Numbered from the stretch's first letter, positions 54,654-63,342 are shown. The stretch is 64,000 nucleotides of DNA from a bacterium (GCA_963618265.1 CAVESB010000004.1:813-64812), one strand, 5' to 3'. Notes: a model not told the origin generated them from the sequence alone. Program-made: numbers and translations.

Positions 54654-55274
54654 TCATTCAAAAATCAGATAGTCCGCCACATGTCCGCAGGGAGGCAGCA
54701 CCACCCCAAGCAGACCCGCAGCACGAGCCGCGTCAATGTTGACCTGCAGGTCATCGAAGAAGACGGTGTGCGCCGCATCGAGCGCGTAGGTGTCAATCAG
54801 CAGCTTGTAAATCGCGGGATCCGGCTTGCACAGTCCGCAGCGGCAGGAAATGACGGCGCCGTCGAAATCATGCAGGAAGATATTATGCTCCTCGGCATAG
54901 GCAAAGGAACGCGGTTGATAATTGGAGAGGACGTAGGTTTTCACGCCCATGGCTTTGATGTCATAAAAAGCCGCGACATTGTGCGTGACGGCGGGGCAGT
55001 GCTCCGGCCAGTGCTTGTGGTAGGTGATGATTTCCTTCTTGAGCATCGGTTCTTTTAGCAACGCACGGGCGAGGAATTCATCTTCCGTGATCATCCCTTT
55101 GTCCAGCTCAAGCCATTCCGGCGAATTGGGAAAAATCTCCTCCAGACGGTCATAATACTTTTGATCAATGCCGAGTTCAAACATAAAGCGGCGCGGATTG
55201 TAGTCAAACAAGACATTGCCGAGGTCAAACACGACCGCTGAGAGGGGCGTCTTATTCTCTTTCAGGTAAAGCAT
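54654..55274 (-). CDS. HAD-IA family phosphatase (YihX-like)
   Basis: 206 aa. Motif I VVFDLGNVLFDY. C-terminal FFDD motif. Confidence 0.75.
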   Translation of the reverse strand: MLYLKENKTPLSAVVFDLGNVLFDYNPRRFMFELGIDQKYYDRLEEIFPNSPEWLELDKGMITEDEFLARALLKEPMLKKEIITYHKHWPEHCPAVTHNVAAFYDIKAMGVKTYVLSNYQPRSFAYAEEHNIFLHDFDGAVISCRCGLCKPDPAIYKLLIDTYALDAAHTVFFDDLQVNIDAARAAGLLGVVLPPCGHVADYLIFE

Positions 55275-55287
55275 CGGTCATCCTTTC

Positions 55288-55323
55288 AAAAAGAAGCGGA
55301 TCGCAGTCAGACGAATCCGCTTC
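55288..55323 (-). terminator. rho-independent terminator of serS
   Basis: Minus strand GAAGCGGAT-N13-ATCCGCTTC followed by TTTTT. It ends 14 nt upstream of the HAD start codon. Confidence 0.75.
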
Positions 55324-55374
55324 ATGGTTTTATTTTCGCGGCATCCGTATTCGGAGCGGATTGCCTGCCGTATG

Positions 55375-56652
55375 TTAATCAGCCTTTTCGAGGCGGGTGA
55401 TGCCGCCCATCCACGGAGCAAGACATTCCGGAACGAGGATTGAACCGTCCGGCTGCTGGTAGGTTTCCATGATGGAAATCAACGTGCGGGGCAGACCGAG
55501 ACCGGAGCCGTTCAGAGTATGCAGAAGGCGCGGCTTGCCTGTCGCGCTGTCACGGTAACGGATCTGCGCACGGCGAGCCTGGAAATCCCAGTCATTGGAG
55601 ACGGAGGAAACTTCCAGCCATTCCCGGCAGCCCGGAGCCCAGGTTTCGATATCGTAGCAGATGCGCGCGTTGAAGCCGAGATCGCCGGAGCACTGAATGA
55701 CAACACGGTAGTTCAGCCCCAGCTGTTTGCAGGTTTCCTCGGCGGCGTTGAGCATCCGTTCGTGCTCTTCCTTGGACTTTTCCGGCAGGCTGTAACAGTA
55801 CATCTCGACCTTGTCGAACTGATGCCCGCGCTTGATGCCGCGCACATCGCGCCCGGCGCTCATCTTCTCACGGCGGAAGCACGGCGTGTAAGCGGTGAAG
55901 CGCATCGGCAGCTTCGCCTCGTCAACGATTTCGCCCATGTAAAGACCGGTGAGCGGAACTTCAGCGGTCGGAACCATCCAGAAATCTTCCTCGGCATCAT
56001 GATAAAGGTTGTCAATGAATTTCGGCAGCTGACCCGCGCCGTAAAGAATGTCGGATTTGATCATGAACGGCGTGTAGCGTTCTTCGTAACCCTGCTTGAT
56101 GTGCAGGTCGAGCATGAAGGCGATAATCGCACGCTGCAGACGGGCAAGCTGACCGTTCAGCACATAGAAACGGGTGCCCGTGATTTTCACGCCGCGGTCG
56201 AAATCAATCATGCCGAGGTCGGTGCCCAGATCCCAGTGCGGTTTGTCGCCGAAGTCATGCTGCAGCTCGGAGCCGCAGACCTTCACAACCCGGTTCTCAG
56301 CATCGCTGACGCCGTAAGGAACGAGTTCATCGGGGATGTTCGGAATATTGGCAAGCAGGTTCTTCAGCTCGTCTTCGGTCTCTTTGTTGTTCCTGTCCAG
56401 CTCGGTGATGCGGTCGGACACAGCCTTCATGGCCTCAATGCGGGACTTGCGCTCTTCGGGATCTTTGGTCGCGCCGATCGCCTTGGACGCGGTATTGCGC
56501 TGAGCTTTCAGACCTTCGACTTCCGCGAGCTGTTCACGGCGGATTTTGTCCAGTTCGATAACACGGCTGACGCTCTCGTCACTCATCTGACGGTCGCGCA
56601 TGGATTTCTTTACAATTTCGGGATTCTCTCGGATAAATGCGATATCAAGCAT
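55375..56652 (-). CDS. serS: seryl-tRNA synthetase
   Basis: 425 aa. MLDIAFIRENPEIVKKSM N-terminal coiled-coil arm. Class II core (FRRE, GSGLGLPR). Confidence 0.9.
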   Translation of the reverse strand: MLDIAFIRENPEIVKKSMRDRQMSDESVSRVIELDKIRREQLAEVEGLKAQRNTASKAIGATKDPEERKSRIEAMKAVSDRITELDRNNKETEDELKNLLANIPNIPDELVPYGVSDAENRVVKVCGSELQHDFGDKPHWDLGTDLGMIDFDRGVKITGTRFYVLNGQLARLQRAIIAFMLDLHIKQGYEERYTPFMIKSDILYGAGQLPKFIDNLYHDAEEDFWMVPTAEVPLTGLYMGEIVDEAKLPMRFTAYTPCFRREKMSAGRDVRGIKRGHQFDKVEMYCYSLPEKSKEEHERMLNAAEETCKQLGLNYRVVIQCSGDLGFNARICYDIETWAPGCREWLEVSSVSNDWDFQARRAQIRYRDSATGKPRLLHTLNGSGLGLPRTLISIMETYQQPDGSILVPECLAPWMGGITRLEKAD

Positions 56653-56694
56653 AGTGTTTGCTCCTGCTTTGTCTAAAGTGCATTTGAATTATAT

Positions 56695-56734
56695 AACAAA
56701 AGACGCCTGTGACCGCGGAGGTGTTACAGACGCC
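56695..56734 (-). terminator. second terminator-like hairpin between rpsT and serS (forms only on minus-strand RNA)
   Basis: Minus strand GGCGUCUGUAAC-N9-GUCACAGGCGUC followed by UUUUGUU. 11 of 12 positions pair, two of them as G-U. On the plus strand those two would be A-C mismatches. Confidence 0.5.
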
Positions 56735-56740
56735 GGGAAT

Positions 56741-56770
56741 AACAAAAGCGCCCGCTTTCATGACGGGCGC
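56741..56770 (-). terminator. rho-independent terminator of rpsT
   Basis: Minus strand GCGCCCG-N9-CGGGCGC followed by TTTTGTT. Confidence 0.75.
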
Positions 56771-56785
56771 CCTGTAACGGCAAAA

Positions 56786-57055
56786 TTATTCCGCGTTTTG
56801 GGCATCAGCCAGCTTGTGCATCAAGCGGCTCTTATGGCGGGCGATGTTGTTCTTGTGAATGACACCCTTCTGGGCGGCTTTGTCAAGAGCTTTGATCGCG
56901 GCGGCAACCATGGCTTCGGCGTTTTCATCGCCGGACTCGATGGCAAGGCGGGCATTCTTCAGCGCAGAGCGGGTGATACCACGGACGTTGCGGTTGCGCA
57001 GTCTGCGTTTTTCATTCTGAAGATTGCGCTTTTTCTGTGATTTAATGTTTGCCAT
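56786..57055 (-). CDS. rpsT: 30S ribosomal protein S20
   Basis: 89 aa. MANIKSQKKRNLQNEKRRLRN. Confidence 0.9.
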   Translation of the reverse strand: MANIKSQKKRNLQNEKRRLRNRNVRGITRSALKNARLAIESGDENAEAMVAAAIKALDKAAQKGVIHKNNIARHKSRLMHKLADAQNAE

Positions 57056-57168
57056 TTATTTCCTCCAAAGGTTCAACATAACCGTTTTTCACGGGCAGGC
57101 CTTTTTATGACCTTTTGTTCGTCCGCTCAAAACGCTTGAGGGTATGTTTGGAACTTTAGAACAACAGA

Positions 57169-57197
57169 ATTATGCCCTTTTCCCCGCATCTTGTCAA
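57169..57197 (-). promoter_or_regulatory. rpsT promoter (-35 TTGACA, 17-nt spacer, -10 CATAAT)
   Basis: Read on the minus strand. Implies a 5' UTR of about 105 nt. Confidence 0.6.
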
Positions 57198-57418
57198 CCG
57201 CGTTTTCGTGAATTTGTGAGTGCCGTGCGCGATATTTCCGCTGCTTTTACGAGTAAAGCGCATGAATGATATGTCCTGCGGGCATTTTCATGCTTCGGGA
57301 CGGATGCGGGAGAATTCGCTGCACGCTCCGAACCGGGCTTGTATCAAAATAAAGAAAAGAGAAAACAAAAGTCATAAAAAAAAGGTGTCATAATTAATCA
57401 TAAATTTCAATTTTGGCA

Positions 57419-57446
57419 TTGACTTCAGGTGAATTCTCAATATAAT
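57419..57446 (+). promoter_or_regulatory. sigma-A-type promoter (-35 TTGACT, 16-nt spacer, -10 TATAAT)
   Basis: Read directly, 43 nt upstream of ATG 57489. Confidence 0.7.
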
Positions 57447-57488
57447 CTAAAACATCTCACGTAAAGAAATCTATTTAGGAGGTCGGAT

Positions 57489-57734
57489 ATGCAGAATCAA
57501 ATGAATTACGCATTCAACAGTGAACAGAATGATTCCGCTTGCTCCGCCGCCTGCTTACGGAATCGAGTCAGTGTGCTGACAGCCATCATGTGCCTGATGG
57601 CTGTTTTAATATCTTCTGCCGCCGCTCTCAGCGGGGTTGTTGCTGTTTCCGTTGTCATCGTACTTGGCGTACTCCTTTTGGGAGTCATTATTATTATTCG
57701 GAACAACAAAACGGCTGAAGACAGAACAAATTGA
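57489..57734 (+). CDS. small membrane protein (81 aa, 2 TM)
   Basis: AGGAGG RBS. TM segments VLTAIMCLMAVLISSAAAL and VAVSVVIVLGVLLLGVIIII. Has its own promoter and terminator. Confidence 0.55.
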   Translation: MQNQMNYAFNSEQNDSACSAACLRNRVSVLTAIMCLMAVLISSAAALSGVVAVSVVIVLGVLLLGVIIIIRNNKTAEDRTN

Positions 57735-57750
57735 AAGGTAAGAGTTAAAA

Positions 57751-57784
57751 AGGGTTCTGCACTTCAGCAGAACCCTTTTTTTTG
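57751..57784 (+). terminator. rho-independent terminator
   Basis: AGGGTTCTGC-N6-GCAGAACCCT followed by TTTTTTTT. Confidence 0.9.
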
Positions 57785-57808
57785 AACCTGAAAAGGAGGA
57801 TGATAACC

Positions 57809-58438
57809 ATGAGAAGCATAGTAACCTATGAAACACAGCACGGAAGCGCCAAAAAACTGGCTACCGCCATCGCGGAAAGATTAAAATGCCTCTGCATTAA
57901 TGTGGATACCCCCTTTCAAGCGGAAGACGAATCGGCATATGATGCGTTGATCCTTGTTTTCGGTTTTCGCGGGCCGTATACCGCGCAGCTGACCAGGCTT
58001 TTTATCGGCAGGATGCAGGGCAAGCTCCGTTACAAACACCTGATTGTGGTGGGAGAAGGCCTGTTCTCGGAAAAGGAATTTCCGTCGGTGGCAAGCGGTT
58101 TGAGAGACTTGGCGGATCCTTACAGTTTCCATTCTTATTTCATGAAAGGGCAGCTGCGCGTCGCTGTGCTGACACCGGAGGAACGGGCAATTCTCGGAAA
58201 GTTCAGCGAATTGACGGGAATGGAAATCAAGGATATGGGCGAGTTTGACCCGAATGTTGCAGAAGGCATTGCCAATCAAATCGCGCAACTGCTGGAGACT
58301 TTCGCGATCCCGGAAGATCCCACTGCCGGATTGCCGAAATGGATCTGCACCGTCTGCGGATATGTCCACAGCGGCGAGGTGCCTCCCGAACGCTGCCCGC
58401 TGTGCGGACAACCGTCCTCTGTCTTCAAACAGATGTGA
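57809..58438 (+). CDS. flavodoxin-like domain protein with C-terminal rubredoxin-type zinc/iron ribbon
   Basis: 209 aa from ATG 57809, with AAGGAGGA upstream. N-terminus IVTYETQHGSAKKLA. C-terminus WICTVCGYVHSGEVPPERCPLCG (CxxC..CxxC). Confidence 0.7.
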   Translation: MRSIVTYETQHGSAKKLATAIAERLKCLCINVDTPFQAEDESAYDALILVFGFRGPYTAQLTRLFIGRMQGKLRYKHLIVVGEGLFSEKEFPSVASGLRDLADPYSFHSYFMKGQLRVAVLTPEERAILGKFSELTGMEIKDMGEFDPNVAEGIANQIAQLLETFAIPEDPTAGLPKWICTVCGYVHSGEVPPERCPLCGQPSSVFKQM

Positions 58439-58579
58439 CTGCGGAGAGCTGTTTTTTCGGATATGAGGAAAGACGGCTGAAAGAAGAAAGCCCCTGTTGG
58501 TTTTGGACTTTCCGATAATGTGTCAAAAACGGCATACTTGGAAAACAGGCTGCCGTAAAGATTCAAAGGAGTTATTCTT

Positions 58580-59710
58580 ATGAAAAAATTGTTCGTTATT
58601 GTTCTTGCTGTCGCTATGATGGCGCTGTCTTTCACTGCCGTTTTCGCGCAGGACGCTTTCAAAATCGGCGGAACCGCCCCTCTGACCGGCGGCGCCGCGA
58701 TCTACGGCAACGCCGCGAAGAACGGTGCTGAAATCGCCGTCGCTGAAATCAACGCCCTGGGCGGCATTCAGATTGAACTGCGCTATGAAGACGATACGCA
58801 CGATGCCGAAAAGGCTGTCAACGCCAACAACACGCTGAAGGACTGGGGTATGCAGGTTTCCCTCGGCGCCGTCACTTCCAAACCGTGTGAAGCAGTTGCC
58901 GAAGAGAACTACGCGGATCGCATTTTCAGCCTGACCCCGTCCGCTTCTTCCACCGCCGTCATTGAAGACAAGGACAACATCTTCCAGATGTGCTTCACTG
59001 ACCCGAATCAGGGTACGGCTTCTGCTCAGTATATCGTTGAGAACGGTCTCGGCACCAAGATCGGTGTGATTTGGAAGAATGATGATGTCTATTCCAAGGG
59101 CGTTTATGACACCTTCATGGCGAAAGCCGAAGAGCTTGGGCTCGAAATCGTGTCCGACACCACCTTCAATGATGGCAATGACACCGACTTCTCCGTCCAG
59201 ATCGCTGACTGCCAGTCCAACGGCGCCGATCTCGTCTTCCTCCCGATTTACTATCAGCCGGCTTCACTGATCTTTGCTCAGGCTGCTGCCGCAGGTTATG
59301 CTCCGCAGTGGTTCGGTATCGACGGTATGGATGGCATTCTCACCATGGAAGGCTTTGATCCTGCCCTCGCCGAAGACGTTATCCTCCTGACCCCGTTCAA
59401 CGCTGACTCCTCTGATGAGAAGACTGCCAACTTCGTCGCGAAGTACAAGGAACTGCACGGTGAAATCCCGAACCAGTTCGCCGCTGACGCTTATGACTGC
59501 ATTTACGCGATTGCTCAGGCTCTTGAAGCCGCCGGCGCCACGACCGATATGAGCGCTGAAGAGCTGAACGACCTCCTCATCGGTGAGTTCACCTCCATGA
59601 CCTACAACGGTTTGACCGGTGAGAACATGACCTGGAGCACGGACGGTGCCGTGTCCAAGAGCCCGAAGGGCATGGTGATTAAGAGCGGTGCTTACGTCGG
59701 TCTTGAGTAA
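58580..59710 (+). CDS. Liv-type amino-acid-binding protein C
   Basis: Signal peptide MKKLFVIVLAVAMMALSFTAVFA. FKIGGTAPLTGGAAIYG. Confidence 0.85.
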   Translation: MKKLFVIVLAVAMMALSFTAVFAQDAFKIGGTAPLTGGAAIYGNAAKNGAEIAVAEINALGGIQIELRYEDDTHDAEKAVNANNTLKDWGMQVSLGAVTSKPCEAVAEENYADRIFSLTPSASSTAVIEDKDNIFQMCFTDPNQGTASAQYIVENGLGTKIGVIWKNDDVYSKGVYDTFMAKAEELGLEIVSDTTFNDGNDTDFSVQIADCQSNGADLVFLPIYYQPASLIFAQAAAAGYAPQWFGIDGMDGILTMEGFDPALAEDVILLTPFNADSSDEKTANFVAKYKELHGEIPNQFAADAYDCIYAIAQALEAAGATTDMSAEELNDLLIGEFTSMTYNGLTGENMTWSTDGAVSKSPKGMVIKSGAYVGLE

Positions 59711-59722
59711 GCTGTAATCAAT

Positions 59723-59756
59723 GGAAAAGAGGGGCAGGATTTCTCCCCTCTTTTCC
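59723..59756 (+). terminator. post-SBP 12-bp hairpin (attenuator, weak U-tract)
   Basis: GGAAAAGAGGGG-N10-CCCCTCTTTTCC. Confidence 0.5.
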
Positions 59757-59831
59757 GATATTTACGGACACGGTCATCTTCGTTTTCCCGTGACCGCAAG
59801 TATCGGAATTTTCAATCAAGAGGTAAAGCCT

Positions 59832-60707
59832 ATGCAATTTTTGTCTTTTTTGATCAGCGGACTGAGCCTGGGAAGCATCTACGCCATTATCGCGTTGGGC
59901 TACACCATGGTTTACGGCATCGCGAACATGCTGAACTTCGCCCATGGTGATGTGATCATGGTGGGCGGGTATATCTGCTTTTTCGCCATTGCCCGATATC
60001 ATCTGCCTCCGGTTGTTGGCATTGTTCTCGCGATGATCGTCTGCACCGTCCTCGGCATTGTGATCGAACGCCTGGCGTATAAACCGCTGCGTTCCGCGCC
60101 GTCTCTGGCGGTATTGATCACCGCAATCGGTGTCAGCTACTTCCTGCAGAACAGCGCATTGCTGCTCTGGACTTCCAGCCCGAAGGTGTTCCCCTCCGTG
60201 GTCGGCAACGGCAAAATCGCGCTCGGCGGGTTGACGATCTCGTATGTCACCCTGCTGACGGTCGCCCTTTGCCTGATCATTATGTTCGCCCTGACCTGGT
60301 TCACGGGCAACACGAAAACCGGCAAGGCGATGCGCGCCTGCGCCGAAGACAAGGGCGCGGCTCAGCTGATGGGCATTGATGTCAACCGCACGATTTCCAT
60401 TACCTTCGCTATCGGCTCCGGTCTGGCGGCTATCGCGGGTGTGCTGCTCTGTTCCGCTTACCCGAACCTGACCCCGACTACCGGTTCCATGCCGGGCATT
60501 AAGGCCTTCACCGCCGCAGTCTTTGGCGGTATCGGCTCCATCCCCGGTGCTTTCGTCGGCGGTCTGCTGCTGGGAATCATTGAGACAATGGCGAAAGCTT
60601 ATATCTCAACACAGCTTTCCGACGCGATCGTGTTCTCCGTGCTGATCGTTGTCCTGCTGTTCCGTCCTGCCGGTCTGCTCGGCAAGATTATGCCGGAAAA
60701 GGTTTGA
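59832..60707 (+). CDS. livH: HAAT ABC permease LivH-like
   Basis: 291 aa from ATG 59832. LGSIYAIIALGYTMVYGIANMLNFAHGD. Confidence 0.9.
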   Translation: MQFLSFLISGLSLGSIYAIIALGYTMVYGIANMLNFAHGDVIMVGGYICFFAIARYHLPPVVGIVLAMIVCTVLGIVIERLAYKPLRSAPSLAVLITAIGVSYFLQNSALLLWTSSPKVFPSVVGNGKIALGGLTISYVTLLTVALCLIIMFALTWFTGNTKTGKAMRACAEDKGAAQLMGIDVNRTISITFAIGSGLAAIAGVLLCSAYPNLTPTTGSMPGIKAFTAAVFGGIGSIPGAFVGGLLLGIIETMAKAYISTQLSDAIVFSVLIVVLLFRPAGLLGKIMPEKV

Positions 60708-60720
60708 TGGAGGCATGGCA

Positions 60721-61773
60721 ATGAAAAAGAAATTTACCCAAAAGAATATTTCCTTCGCGCTTGTGACGATTGCCTTTGCGATCTGCCAGGGCTTAGTCGC
60801 TTCCGGCGGGATGAGCTCCACGATGAAAGGCATGCTTGTGCCGATCACCGCGTATATCGTGATGGCGATTTCCCTGAACCTGACCGTCGGCATTCTCGGC
60901 GAACTGAGTCTCGGTCACGCGGGTTTCATGAGCGTCGGCGCCTTCTCCGGCGTGACGGCCTCTTTTATCCTCGCGGATAAAATTGTGAATACCAACGTCC
61001 GACTGGGCGTCAGCATGCTCGTCGGTGCGATTTTCGGCGGCATTGCGGGCTTCATCATCGGCATCCCTGTCCTGCGTTTGAAGGGAGACTACCTCTCCAT
61101 TGTGACGCTGGCGTTCGGTGAAATTATCAAGGTTCTCATTAACAACCTCTACCTCGGTTTTGATAAGTACGGCATTCATCTCCGTCTGCTTTCCGATAAG
61201 GGCATGAAGCTTGAACCGGACGGCATGATGATCATTCAGGGTGCAATGGGCATCGGGAAGATCAAGAAAATCTCCACCTTCACCGGCGGTTTCATCCTGA
61301 TTCTGATCACACTGCTGATCGTCTATCATCTTGTCGAGAGCCGTTACGGCCGCGCCATTATGGCGATTCGCGACAATTACATTGCCGCCGAATCCGTCGG
61401 CATCAACGTAACGCGCTACAAGATGACCGCGTTTATCATCTCCGCCGCGATTGCGGGTGCCGCCGGTGCGCTCTACGCCATGAACTATTCAACCGTCGTC
61501 GCCAACAAATTTGACTTCAACCAGTCAATTCTGATCCTGGTGTTCGTCGTGCTCGGCGGGCTGGGCAACATCACGGGTTCCATTGTTTCCGCCACGATTC
61601 TTACGGTTTTGCCGGAATTGCTGCGCGCGTTTGCGACCTATCGTATGCTGATTTATGCGATTGTCCTGGTGCTGATTATGCTCGCGACGAACGCCCCGGG
61701 CGCGAAGAACTTCTTCAGTTCGCTTACTGCGAAAAAAGACGATGAAGAGGAGGCTGAGAATGGAAAAGCGTAA
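60721..61773 (+). CDS. livM: HAAT ABC permease LivM-like
   Basis: Start ATG 60721 (GGAGG 7 nt upstream) or 60715. SLGHAGFMSVGAF, LRLKGDYLSIVTLAFGE. Confidence 0.85.
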   Translation: MKKKFTQKNISFALVTIAFAICQGLVASGGMSSTMKGMLVPITAYIVMAISLNLTVGILGELSLGHAGFMSVGAFSGVTASFILADKIVNTNVRLGVSMLVGAIFGGIAGFIIGIPVLRLKGDYLSIVTLAFGEIIKVLINNLYLGFDKYGIHLRLLSDKGMKLEPDGMMIIQGAMGIGKIKKISTFTGGFILILITLLIVYHLVESRYGRAIMAIRDNYIAAESVGINVTRYKMTAFIISAAIAGAAGALYAMNYSTVVANKFDFNQSILILVFVVLGGLGNITGSIVSATILTVLPELLRAFATYRMLIYAIVLVLIMLATNAPGAKNFFSSLTAKKDDEEEAENGKA

Positions 61774-62599
61774 ACTGATAACGATCCCTTCCGATTCCCA
61801 TATTCCTGCCCGTGATGTAGGCAAGATGCCGGTTCTGGAATGTAAACATTTGGGCATTTCTTTCGGCGGTCTGCAGGCAGTTGAGGAATTGAACCTGACG
61901 CTCAGCCCCACCGAGATCTGCGGCATGATCGGCCCGAACGGCGCGGGAAAGACCACCGTCTTCAACCTGTTGACGAAGGTCTATACCCCGACTCACGGCA
62001 CGACCTTGCTGAAGGGGAAGGACACCATCAATATGACGATTGAGCAGGTCAATCAGGCCGGGATCGCCCGTACCTTCCAGAATATCCGCCTGTTCTCCAA
62101 CCTGACGGTCGAAGAGAATATCAAAGTCGCGATGGATCAATCCCTCAAATACGGTTTGGTCGAAAGCTTCCTGCGCCTGCCCCGCTACCGCAGCGAGGAA
62201 CGCCAAGCGCATGAACGCGCCATGAGCCTGCTTCATATCTTCAATATGGAGAAAATGGCGGATGTCCGTTCCGGCTCTCTGCCTTACGGTGCTCAGCGCC
62301 GTCTGGAGATCCTGCGTGCGCTTGCTACGAATCCGTGCGTTTTGCTGCTGGACGAACCGGCCGCCGGCATGAACCCGTCCGAGACAGAAGACCTGATGAC
62401 CAATATTACCAAGATTCGCGATACCTTCCAAATCGCCATCCTGCTCATTGAGCATGACATGAATCTCGTTATGAACATCTGTGAAAGCATCTGCGTGCTG
62501 AATTTCGGTAAAGTTATCGCAAAGGGCACCCCGGCTGATATCCAGAATAACGAGGCCGTCATCGAAGCCTATCTCGGCAAGAAGAAAACGGAGGCATAA
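61760..62599 (+). CDS. livG: HAAT ABC ATPase LivG-like
   Basis: 279 aa from ATG 61760, with GAGGAGG upstream. GPNGAGKTT, LPYGAQRRLEILRAL. Confidence 0.9.
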   Translation: MEKRKLITIPSDSHIPARDVGKMPVLECKHLGISFGGLQAVEELNLTLSPTEICGMIGPNGAGKTTVFNLLTKVYTPTHGTTLLKGKDTINMTIEQVNQAGIARTFQNIRLFSNLTVEENIKVAMDQSLKYGLVESFLRLPRYRSEERQAHERAMSLLHIFNMEKMADVRSGSLPYGAQRRLEILRALATNPCVLLLDEPAAGMNPSETEDLMTNITKIRDTFQIAILLIEHDMNLVMNICESICVLNFGKVIAKGTPADIQNNEAVIEAYLGKKKTEA

Positions 62600-62600
62600 A

Positions 62601-63320
62601 ATGGGCACGATCCTGAAAGTTGAGAACATTCATGTCTATTACGGCAGCATCCACGCGATTAAGGGCGTTTCTTTCCATGTGGAGAAAAATGAAATCGTGA
62701 CCCTGATCGGTGCAAACGGCGCAGGAAAATCCACAACGCTGAACACCATTGCCGGACTGATGCATCCGCGGAGCGGCAACATTTTCTTCAGAGGTGATAA
62801 TCTCGGCAAAGTTCCGCCGCATAAAATCGTGGAACGCGGGCTGGTCATGTGCCCCGAAGGGCGCCGCATCTTCCTGAAGATGACCGTGGAAGAGAACCTT
62901 GAGATGGGTGCGTTCGTCGCCAAGGATATCAACCTTGACGAAGAGAAGGAAAAAGTCTTTGATCTTTTCCCGCGCCTGAAAGAACGCCGCCGTCAGATCA
63001 GCGGGACACTCTCCGGCGGTGAACAGCAAATGCTCGCCATGGGGCGCGCATTGATGAGCCGCCCGAAGATGATCATGCTCGATGAGCCGTCCATGGGGCT
63101 TGCACCGATCCTGGTGGAGCAGATTTTTGAGATTATCAAATCCCTGCACGACAACGGTGCGACCATTCTGCTTGTAGAGCAGAACGCCCAAGCGGCGCTG
63201 TCCGTCGCGAACCGCGGTTACGTTCTCGAGACCGGCAAGATTGTCGCTGAGGGTACCGGCTCCGAATTGCTGGCCTCGCCGGTCATCAAGGCTGCGTACC
63301 TCGGCGGTGCGAAGAACTGA
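62601..63320 (+). CDS. livF: HAAT ABC ATPase LivF-like
   Basis: GANGAGKST, LSGGEQQMLAMGRA, LDEPSMGLAP. Confidence 0.9.
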   Translation: MGTILKVENIHVYYGSIHAIKGVSFHVEKNEIVTLIGANGAGKSTTLNTIAGLMHPRSGNIFFRGDNLGKVPPHKIVERGLVMCPEGRRIFLKMTVEENLEMGAFVAKDINLDEEKEKVFDLFPRLKERRRQISGTLSGGEQQMLAMGRALMSRPKMIMLDEPSMGLAPILVEQIFEIIKSLHDNGATILLVEQNAQAALSVANRGYVLETGKIVAEGTGSELLASPVIKAAYLGGAKN

Positions 63321-63342
63321 CCGCTCGTATTCGGCAGATTTC

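Noticed and set aside
56653-56785. T-box riboswitch upstream of serS.
   Set aside because: The spacer is only 133 nt and is filled by two terminator-like hairpins. I saw no specifier-loop/AGAGA/T-box (..GGUGGUACCGCG-like) sequence.
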